In this document: positions 50,201-62,200 of the stretch, piece after piece
Position numbering within the stretch: position 1 is the first letter of the stretch
Layout of the letters: each line of letters opens with the position of its first letter
Origin: Ophelia neglecta
Taxonomy: Eukaryota
Direction of reading: 5' to 3'
Length of the DNA stretch: 64,000 nt
Assembly (NCBI GenBank): GCA_965285935.1
Contig: OZ260661.1
Coordinates: forward strand, 38,378,001 to 38,442,000
Made by a program: the position numbers and the translations under genes
Notes under the pieces: model-generated
Told to the model about the DNA's origin: nothing
What the model saw: only the letters and a program-made list of their open reading frames with translations
The model's database searches: none

Positions 50201-53200
50201 ACAAGGTCACAAGACTTACACAAGCTAAGTTTCACTGAATGTAACCACACATTACATGGCAATTATATCTCTTTTTTCGTATCCTCCCCTCCCGCCCCCC
50301 CCCCCCCCCCCCCAGCATGGCGAACATATACACTTATAGAAAATAAGCTTATAAATTCTATATATATATAAAAGACCCAGGGAGAAAATAGCCTGCTCAT
50401 CTGGCCAAACGTCTGCCGCATGCATGACCTAGTATTTAATAGTGGGTGTTACATTATGGTACAGGTGTTAACACCTGGTCTCTGATACTGCATGGCTATC
50501 ACTGTCAACATGCAGATTGACAAAAACAGACCTGAGAAGAAGAGGGACACCATTCATTAGATTGACTTTGGAACCGAGTTCACAGGTATCCTTAACTTAA
50601 TTTGGCTTACTGGACTAACGTAACACATACTGGTAGGGGCAAAGCACGTGCGAAATCCTGTACTGAAACTCATGGGCATAGCTTTAAACAAAATTGCTGT
50701 TTAACTATAGTACCAGAGGGGATGTTTGGGACACACAGCAATAGGTCAGAGCAAGTGCACTGCAAAGTGTACAAAGTGACTGCAATGTGTCACTTTCAAA
50801 ACAGCAGAAGCACCCTGATGATTATAGTTTTATATAAGTGACATGGATATGATTAAAGTTACTGGTATCACCTGGCCTTTACCACACATAGGTACCCCAT
50901 TTATTTATTCACACAGTGCTCTTCCTTGAGATCCCTGAACATATCAAACTGTTAGTAAACAACCAAATGGTGGCCTTCCAGCTCGTCACCCCATTTCCAA
51001 GTTTCCCCCATTCTGCCTATTTACCACAAACTGAACTGAAGAAGGAGGGATCATTCATTATTTATTGCAACAGCTACTTTCACGATATTAACTACTTGAT
51101 TAAAAGTTTTCAATTTCATGAGACCACACTTGGTCGTAACATTTGTTCAGAATAAGATTTTCCTTTAGATAGTCCTAATATTAACCCCAGAATGCCGGGC
51201 GCCTGGCAAGGGGGCTCTCAGTACCTATTTTTACAATGGGTTTTGGAAGCTATTGAGATTTGAACCCTAATCTACCACTTGTGAGGTGGACACCAAAACC
51301 ACTAGGCCACACTTTGGTGATCCTACAATAATGAACTGACACTAACAGGGAGAGGTTTGTATGTATAATTTAGATACATATATGTATGCCCACTGTGCAC
51401 ATTAGAGTAAGCAAAGATTTATGAACATTTTTGTAAATCTGGACGTCAGCATTTAACACCATATATGCTGTGATTTTTAAACCAATCGTAAATCTTTGCA
51501 TTGCTCGATAAAATGGTAAACTATATATTGCACACAGTTTTATGTGTCTGTACATTGATGCTCCTGTTAATTTAACACATATATAGAAGCATGTATTAAG
51601 TTTAAATGTTCAAGAAAACTACATATATAAGTGGAAGGTCACCTTTTTCAGCTGTAGGAGAACCAGTTTGTCTTGGTAGGGACTGAGGGCCATGGCGTCG
51701 ATGGCCATGATTGGAATGCGATACTTGATCACCAGAGTCCTCTGGTCTAACACTAACATGGCGTTGGTACTCAACACTAACAACTGGTGTATCATCTGGA
51801 AGCAAATCAAATAAAACAACTTAACACAATTCTCTAGGGGGAAAAACGAATTCGAAAACAATAATTGCATTGATTAGTATAATAATGGGTATCTCAAAAG
51901 TTTATTATAAACACAACGCTTGTATTGGCCTGTTTTTATAGAAGAAACACCCCAAAAACAAAGGGCACTGGTAAAAAGCTAATCTGAAAAGAGGCTATAT
52001 GGTGCACTGCACAATATAAAATATGATTACAATGCATTCCCTACCATCCTATGTAATATACATTATGATTAAGCCATACTCATTAACGCTTACCTTGCCA
52101 TTACTTCGATTCACCTTCATTACAAGGTCAGCAAACACCAGATGCTGGTCGTTTGTCTCACAGGAGATCCTCTTCCACTTGGTGTTCTGTTTTAAGCTGA
52201 CATAGTCTCCCTTGAAGGGGTGGTTGACACTAGAGGAAATAAAATTTAAATATTCAAAAAATAACTGCTATCCCAACAGTTTAATAAATGTGCAAGTCAT
52301 TTAATAAGATTGAAAATTCATAATCCACAACAATCAATTTACTGATTTGTGTTTAGGTTAAATAATGGTTTCAACAAAATTAAGAGTAATTTAAGAATTA
52401 ACAACTTTGCATTCTGGCCTTGTGCGAGCATGAATCAGCTAAAACTGTCTTTATTTAATATTGATTCGAGTTAATAACTTGGACACCAAAATGAAGTTTG
52501 ATAAGCTGGTTGATTAATGCAGGCATGAACTTAAAAATCATTAATTTTCCATATAGAGGGACAATTGTAATGTGCTTGTTAACTGTTAGGAAAATTAGTC
52601 ACAGTAAAATTTGTTGGCCATAGTTTGGTGAGGGCAAGAACTTGAAATCTCTAAATCAAATGGTTTTAAATTAAATGGAATCCAAAATAATTGTTCAGCA
52701 TCCGTGACTGTGCCATTGAGTGGTTTAAACAGTTCATTTACAAGTAAGCATTTATAAACAATTCATGAAACACTAATTTAGCCTAAACTAATTGCCTCAT
52801 TCCTCAATCCTCCTGACATAAAAATAACATGTCCACTACCTGACTTAATTGTCCTCTTTGTTATGATATACAAGTGATGCATCATATACAATATGCATTG
52901 ATAGTTACCAATGTCACACACATGGAAGGCACTCTTTAAATAATCAATATACTCATAAACAACATATTACTGCAAGCACTAAATTATTATAATTATTGTG
53001 CATTGAAAGATACATGTCACAAAAAGTAGCCCACACATCAAGAGAAGACCATGTTATCCATATGGGGCTGGTAAAGATGGAAATATTAAAATTCAATTAG
53101 GGCTCTTCCATTTGAAAAGGTGAGGGGGTGGGGAAGGGATAGAAGTGTTGTTTTTCTACAGCTACCTGCATCCTTCAACCACAAAAGAATATCTGTACGG

Positions 53201-56200
53201 TGGGGGTTGAACTGTTAAATGATATCTGCTAGGAGTGGGAGTGACATTTTCCGTGGGGTCATGCGTTCCTTTAATATTTTCTATTGGTGAGGGTTTTGTC
53301 AAACACTGTCAAAACAGCTTGCCAACTACAGCCGCAATGTTTTTCATTGAAGCCTACGCTGGTCCCCCACTCATGTTACCAGGCTGCTTGGAGATGGACT
53401 GGTGGTGTGAAACAGATTACTTGTTTAGATCTTTTTTTGTGTGTGTTTGGGGGGGGGGGAGGGTGGTTATTTAAATTGTAGTACTATACATTGGAGGGGG
53501 GGGGGGGGGTCATCAATATTCTATTTACCATGGTGGGGTGGGTGGTGGTGCCAGTAAATGCTAGTTCCACCCACCCTACCCAACACCATTTTAAACTGAA
53601 CAGCCGTTACCTGTTTGGATAGCTTTCCTTTCTATTGTGGAATAGATCGCTAGCTGCCACTTTCTCTCTCATCCAGTTCCTTTGATGTTTATCACAATTG
53701 GCACGGAATTTTTCACACTGAAAATGTAAAAGTCATATTGGCAGAATCAATACCAAGATCAATCTAGAAATAAATGAACAGAATTCTGAAAAAACAAGAT
53801 AAATGGCCCTGTATAAGTCTGGAGATATATAAATGACTAGTATAGACAAAAGCTTTGAGCATCTTTAATGTCTTACTTGAAAAAAGAAAATTGCCATGAC
53901 TGTGCAAAAAATAGCCCTCAAACACAAAATGTCAGTGTTTTTTCTCATTGAGTCACTTAATGTCTGTAAAATATATATACAGTATATATATGTACATATT
54001 CCACCAGTAAAGCATCACATGGCATTTTATTTGTTTCAAATTGACTCCTAAAACTCAATCCCTGTAAGGTTATTATTACTGAGCTCAGGTGACAAAATGC
54101 TGCAGTTTTTGTCTTTGATATGTACAGGTGATACTATACTTTACATGCATGTGGCGGAGGATCTGATATAAAAGAGGCAACTACACATTTTATTCACCAG
54201 AGTGGATTTGGATGGCAACAAGCAACATCCCTGACTAGGAAAGTAAGTGGTTTTGTTCAGTTGCCGTCAGAATGCAATATCCTGTCAGATTTGTGGTGAT
54301 GTGTCTGTTAACTCCAGGTCTGTTAGCTCGCATTGACTATGATAGACTCCACAGGCAGAGGCGGGCTATAGTTCTCAAACAGCTGTCCGATACTGACTGG
54401 CTACCAAGAGAAAGTACGCAATCGAGAAAACCTGCCAAAACGCCACTTCTGAAACATCCTTTTGATAAGATTGTCTGGCTATCTGTCAATTGCACTGGGA
54501 CTCTGGTGACTCCACAACATGTCTTGACTGCAGCACACTGTGTCCATGATGGGAACCAGTTCATTTATTATGCCAGTAAGCTGACGATTACACTGGGAAA
54601 TGAAAAATTGATGGTGAGTGAAATAAGGGTGCCTAAAAATTACATTGCCAAGTATGATGATTGGGCAGTGGACAAGTATCAATTTGACTTTGCTGTTGCT
54701 AAACTAGCCAAGCCAGTGGATGGCTTCAGGAAGCCTCTACATTTCCATCACAAACGAATTGCGTCTGAAGAGACTTTTAAAGCTTTGAGCTTTCTCAATG
54801 GTCACAACGTTTCTCAAGCAAACACATGTACAGCAGATTGGCAAGAAGTGAACATACTGCTGTCTGTATGCCAGTCATTTAGCGTGAAGCAAGAGGGAGC
54901 CCCAGCAATGGTACACCACTCGGGAGAGAAGTGGAAAATTCTAGGCATCATGTCCAAGGCTATTGAAGACATCAGCAATCACACCGTCTTTGCTGCAACT
55001 GTCCTGATGACCAAAAAAAATGTGTTTCTCCTGTGCAAGTTGACTGATGATCAGATGTTGGAATGTCCAAAATAATGCTTATTCTGCTTGAAGGCCGGTC
55101 AATGTTCTCTTGCCAGATTATTTATGATGTAAACATGTTTTTAAGCACTCTGCCAGTTATATTTACAATACAGAGCATGTTTATTACTACACCAGTTCTA
55201 TCACCATATGGTATGTATTGTAATGACTTCACATTTTCTACCTCATATTGTTCAGACATTATTGTTTATGCTTTGGTAATATGTTTGGTGTGGTAATCTT
55301 TTTAACACTAACTTACCCTCCATTTGTGGTGGATAACTCGTAGCTCTTCGGAGGCAAAGTAAAACATTGGTGAACAGGAAGGCCAAGACTTGTCAATCGG
55401 TGACATGGAAGGCAACTTCTTGGAAAGCTCAGTGAGGAAACGATACCTCTGTAAACAATTAAATATTAAAAATATTTACTCCTTGACCTGCTGATGTCTC
55501 TTCAATGAAGGCATTAGGGTAATTTAACAAATATGATGATGAATTCAATGAGGTACTGATACTGTAGTTATCTATGATATAATCAGAGAATAAATCATGC
55601 ATGAAAACTCCTGACTCTGGGTTTTTTGAAAGAAAATTATGTGTAAATAATGTGAATTGGTTATATATTTAAGTAAAACTTTATTTTTTAGCGCACTAAC
55701 CAAGGGATGCATAAACAAAATTCAAATACTAATTTTCTATCGTCAAGGTATGTAGATGTAGGTAAAAAAGAAGCTTACAAGAGCTTTGTGCAGAAATTTG
55801 ACTATTTTTGGTCCAGCGATAGCCCGGAACTTGCGGCGGTATTCCCGCCTCACTTTCCAGCCGAGGTAATACTTGTGGATGACACCCACTGCCCACTGGC
55901 ATCGCTTACGGTACTTGAGCTCTTTCAATAGATTCCTTGCCTGTTTAAAATGAAACATAGCCTTTTTTTAACAGGTACAGTATGAAGAGACAGATTACTA
56001 TATTGCAGTTATCTTTAATACATGATGCAAGTAAAATTTGAGAAACTGGTAAAGATAACACATAGTTGAGCCTTCAAAACTTTCTTATTTATTTGTCTGT
56101 AGGCTATAGTACTAGATAATTGAGCATTTAGAGGTTTATGCAGTTTATACCTTTCAATTGCTTCCTTCTTTTATCAAATGAATAAAAATTACAAACACAC

Positions 56201-59200
56201 CCAACCAAATTTCAAATCTCTGTAGGCCAGATAAATATTTATTTGTGGAGGTTGCTTTTAAAAACCCTTGATAACACATGGACATCCAAGACATGAGTAT
56301 TGTTCTAGTACTACCATGTAAAACAAAACATATGAAAGCCTATGCCACCTTCTGCTCATTACATACATTAGCTATAACATGTGTATGTACCTCAAATAGC
56401 AGTTAAAAAGTATGAACTGCCCAAAGTGACCTACAAGCTAAATTGCTGTCGAAAATTCAACGATACAGAATATTAACATTAGAACCATGTTTTAGTTTTG
56501 TTGAAATAAGGCCTTTTACCATCTTATTTGTTGGGCAGATCTGGACATTTCTAGCCAGGAGAAGAAAGTAGCATAGTCAAAACAAGCAGTGTAAAATCTT
56601 AACAGTATAGTTTACCTTCCAACCTCGAACAAATGAACATATGGTAATAGTGGCAAGTCTCATCCTGCGGTATTTGGTTCTACCCTAATAAATGATAACT
56701 CAAATTGGTGAAGTTACACAGAAAATAAATAAAATGTTAAAAAAAGACATAAATGGTAAATATCAGAACATGCACGTTATTTTCATCAATTATAATGTGT
56801 GCATTTTATGCCAGGGAAGAGTACAATAATGAGCACATTAATATGAAGGTCTGTATAACTAATAAATATACACAACAAGAGTGTCAGTACCAAGTTATGT
56901 ATGTAAAAAAGTAATGTCACATCATACACTAATTACTGTTTGATATAACCACATTGAAATATCAATTCATAATTAAAAGTATTCAAATTCTTCAGAAAGA
57001 TGAACTACACGTTACTTGAACTAATTGAAAAACAATTTCGGATTTACTGTGGAAAACTAAACAAACATGCAAAAAAATTACCATTCACTATAATATGCAA
57101 CTTGCTCCAATTTTATTGATTTATATGTGCCTTGTAGATTAATTTGCATACAATAAGCTAATATTTCCAGCTACACCATGCAACCAAACAAGACACTTGG
57201 TCTGGGCGACAAGTAACAAATGAAATCACCTTATGGCTACCTTTCCCCAAACACGTTAATTAAAACACATTTATTCTTGTCAAATCTGTTGTACAGAATG
57301 CTTGCTAAAAGATGTCTAGCCAGACAAGATGTCCTACCTTGTACCCCCTGTATTGCGAGGAGATGAGAGCCTGTGCTCGTTTCATGCGTAGAAAGGCCAT
57401 TCTCTGGTGCCACCCTCTCCAGACTGATTGTAACAGAGTAGCGAGGTCATGTAGGCGAACCCTCCTTCGGTCCTCCATCATGAACAGCTGGAAGTGGGGT
57501 GCAAACAAATTACAAAATTATTCTCTATCTTCATATAACTTTAAATGGACAATGGAAAAATTCAATAGGTCAACAATCCCCAGGCGGGTTTTCATAACGG
57601 AATGTTTTTAGGTCAGGTTGTTTTGAATCCCAGGTAGATGTTGAGGAGTATCAATGAGACCTTCTGGAATGGACGTCAGCGAGACGGGCCTGATGCTTTT
57701 CTGACTCTGGTGAAACTATTATTCTTGTGTGAAATAACTTGAGGTGTAGCTCTTACTGATACATTGAAACATTATACATTATCCTCTATTGATAAAACAT
57801 AACTGATAGGGCCTGTGTTTAATGGCTGAGATTTTTAGAGTAATTTATCATACAACAATCAATAAGAGATTGATAAACAAAATGAAATCTAGACTCTGGA
57901 TAAATGTACAAATTTTGCAATATTAAAACAAAATGAACCTAGGCTATAGCCATCAGACCTACACCCAGGTAACAACACAGGCAATGTATTATGTTTCAGT
58001 AAAAAAGGTATAACTACACACCATTTATCATGATATAATAAGGATGAGATTTAATGCAAAAAAAAGTCATTTGAATTTATGGAAAAAAAAAAATTGTGTT
58101 TTTACTATCATATTGCCATATCACACAACCTGGACTGCCTTGACTTAACTTTCACTGTTCAGTTCACACTATTTTCTAAGAAGCCCAGGGGTAACCATCA
58201 AGCCGTTTTCAAATGTGAACAGTGGTTAGCAGCATACATGGGTTCAAATGGGAAGTTTAATATCAAAGCAGCTTATGATTGTATAGAAGTATAATAAAAG
58301 TAGTTTGAAAATGATGGGCCCATTATGGCTGAACTACTCACAGTACTGGGGTTCCTGATGAATATTTTGGTTTTTCCGTAGGCATACTCCTCCTTGTCCA
58401 CCTGCAAAGCCTCAAGGATTTGTTTTACCCCGGCTCTGGGAGCACCATGCCACAGAGGCCAGGTGTTGTCTGCTAACATCTTGTAGCGGTAGAGGAACTG
58501 GTCGTAGGACTGCCGATACGCATATCCGGCGCGGCGCACACGCACATTCTCCAACAACCTGCAATCAGGACAGGTGATCATAACTAATGAGTTATAATCA
58601 GACATCTGGGGATAAGGCTAGAATGTTTGATTGGTGAGCTCAAAGCTTATTAGAAAAGGAAATTATGGTTTTTTTTTCATAGATTCTGCGGTCTTTCAAG
58701 CCAGTTGGAAAAAGATTCCAAACTAAATACAAATACTGAAAGAATATGTATTTTTATTCAAGACAGTGTAAAAACAAAAATATGCATCTGACAGATTATC
58801 CTTTGACTATCCTTAAAACAAAGTTTTGTGTGCACAGATCAACTTTTTTCCTCATGTTTTAGCCTTGAAAACTTTCACAACCATTACAGGTGTGAAAAGT
58901 AAGATCGCTAAGCTTTGAAACCTATGACAATTCCTCCAGTACATGTAGATACAGCTCTCGAGCCGAGTTATTCCTGGCACACTTGGTACATTACCTCTAG
59001 GTGTGCTAACGAGAAATACATTGTAAGGTGCCATTTTCTTTTTTTAATGCCATTTCTGCCTGTGATTTTTTACAAATCTATATTCTTCATCATTCAATGA
59101 ATTTTTAATATATATACCCATGTGCACTGGGAAACAATATTGTTATACGACATTAGTACCCTGATTGGGTAGCGTCATGGAGCTCAGACTGAATCAGACT

Positions 59201-62200
59201 ATCAGAGCATTCTGGAAAGCTTGCTGGCTCAGCAAGGGACTGCTCAATATGATCTCATAGCCGGGATCAGCCACAATAGCACACTAAAGTAGTGCAGATG
59301 CATAGAAAAACTGCAATATTAATGAAAACAATTTGCAAAAAATTCCTGCAGTGTTTTAGGTTTTTCTATACCTGTACCCTTTGAAAAATGTGGGAAGGGG
59401 CGAGGGGAAGTACAAAATGTCTTCTCTTTCTCAACAAAACACTTTCTTAAATGGAAAATTACAGTTTCTGTTAATTTGACAGCCTCACAAATTGGCCTAC
59501 CTGTACTCTGTATTTTCATAGTTCACAAAATATCAGTAGTAATCATACAACTTACCCGAGGTATCTGACCTGGTGTCTGACGATCTGCTGGTCAAACGTT
59601 TCGGCTCTCTTGAAATCATTGGGCTTGACACACCGGATGTAGTTGGGACACTTACAGAGTAGATTCTTCATCAACTCCCCAACTGAAACCTAGTAGGGCC
59701 AAGGTTAAACATAGGTAAGTGTAATCATGTACAATGATAAAACAAACCCATATACAAAATACTGTACACGTACATGTATAAAAGCCTCTCAGTACAGATG
59801 TACTGATTATTTACTTGGACAGATAGAAAACATCAGGTTATTATCAATGAGGATGAAATACAGCAATTAACTCAATGTATTAAAACACATTCAGCAATTT
59901 CCCTTAGTATTAATTGTTGTGCCCACTTCCATTATTATTGTACTCACTCCTCTCTGAAGTGCATGAAATCAACTGTCTGGGTTGGTTAGATGTGTAAATA
60001 GAGTGGGAGGTGAGCTTTGAGTACAGACCTTGAACTGTGAGCCTGCCGTGGTTGGCCGTCTGAAGGAGGACCTTGCAGGGTTGCCCTCTGGGAAGAGGAG
60101 TTTGAGCAGGGGGTGGGCACACACAAACATGGTCTGAGACAAGTCACGGTATAACAAATCATTATTCTTGTCAAGGAATCCCTCAACTTTGTAGGTCACC
60201 TGGAACAAACAACATGGTTTGTATTATGTATAAACTGAACAGTTAGAAATTTGTACTACGTAGTTGCTTTGATTCAAGTGCCGTATACAGATATCTTAAT
60301 AGGGTAACAGAAAATTTATCATACAGTGAAACCTGCCTTAAAGACCACCTCTGTAATCAGACCACCTGTCAATTCAGACCACTAAGATGAGGACTAGGTT
60401 GTATACTTTCAATGTTAAATAAACTGCCAAAATATACCACCTCCAAAATCAGACCAGCATTTTCCAGTCCCTTGGGTGGTCTTAATTCACAGGTTTCACT
60501 GGTACTTTTAAAAAATAGGACACTGCATGTTTTCAATATGTGGCTAGAGATATAGAGGCCGCTACATATAAAAGTGAATACCATATTCCAGAGTTTTAAA
60601 TTCATGACTGATCTTTTTTGGCAAAATTCTCCAATCTAATCCCATGGGAACATTTATTACCATTACAGCACTGACTCTGGGAAGCAGAATGCCACAAGAA
60701 CCATTTCTAAGCATATTACCTGCTTGAGTCTCAGGTCCATAGTAAAGTGGATAACCCACTTTAAATCTCTCCCATCCCTTCTAACTAACTAAATAAAAAT
60801 GGGTTTCTGGCCTCTGTAGAGACTGGTTGTACAGCAGGAGATAACAGAACTCACAGCTCCTGCATAGTGAATGAGTCTAAAGGCATCATGTGGCAGCGTT
60901 CTGTCTGACTGGTTCTTCCGACAGCCTCGGCTTTCAAAGTGAGGATGGCTGAAGCAGGTCTGGTTCAACTTCTCAAGGAAAGTCAGATCCGACACTTTAC
61001 CCGGCCGAAGACATTCCTCGTCTAACATTGCTAACATTCCTACATTATTCTGAAAGGGGTACAAAAAGTTAAACTAAAATTAAACAACTTTGAAAAATAT
61101 CTGTAAGTGATGCATTATAATTCTATTTTCAATGCACAAGAATGCCACTCTACAGAAGGTGCCACATGTGTAAACAATTATATTGTAGAGAGCTCACTGA
61201 GGAGAAGACTGGAGAGGGACACCTTGTTTACCAACAGTGACAATTTCGATTTGTCATTCATTAAATGGAAAAATTACTCTTATTATTTGGTTTGCACATC
61301 AAGACTTGATGATGGATCTGATAACAGCAATATGTACATGTAGTACAGAGCTACATATACAATCATTATTTTGAGGAGATATTAATATTCATTGCAATTT
61401 GAATTTTTTCCAAATAACACTGCATTCCAATTTCATGGAACAGATGAAATCATTCGCACAAGAACAAGAATCTGACCGATACACTTGTATTTCATTGGTT
61501 ATTATTTTAGTTGGTAGCTCATGATTTGCCAGAATTGGGTCAGACCGGTTGGGACTAACAACACCAGCTGTATGAGTAAGATGCCTGTTACTACACATAA
61601 TACCCATCATTGCAGGTCATAACCAACCTGTAATAAAGTGACATGTACCTGGGATAATAGCTCTAGCAGCATCAAGCACTGAATTATTAGTAAGTCACAT
61701 GCCCCTAGGCTTAAAATGTATCAATGAAACCATAAGATATATTATATTTTTATCATTTTCCCAACTTTGGGTATAATAAAACTAATGAAGGCATAGGAAA
61801 CATTAGGGAAAGTTTTCAAAAGAAACATACCTTTTCTATAAGGTCGCAGATCACAGCATTATTGAAGTACTCAACATTTATCCATTGTATTCCCTAGGAT
61901 TTAAAAAGAGCTAATATAAATTCTGGAAATTATATTTTAACTTTTCAACAGGATATTTTTCTCGCTTTTTTAATTGGAAATTTAAAGGACTTTTTGACTT
62001 GGCTGTGATTCGAACACACAACCTTGGGAGTACCAGCAGGCTACATCCACATCCCCCAAAAATGTTGGTTCAATAGCACTTGTATAATAACCACTGATAC
62101 CCTTTGATGCTGGGTTCTAGGCTCTTTATTCTGATACATTTGTTATCACCTATCCCGCAACTGATTTTTATGCATAGCCATTGGTACATGTCGGTGCTGG

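Noticed and set aside
51230-51313. tRNA gene
   Set aside because: A and B boxes are present, but no cloverleaf or acceptor stem can be formed and it continues into a SINE body.
56521-56551. 31-nt poison exon (ttcttctcctggctag|...|gtaaaa) after the single-IQ exon
   Set aside because: Would need a ~64-nt upstream intron and a weak donor; no independent support.
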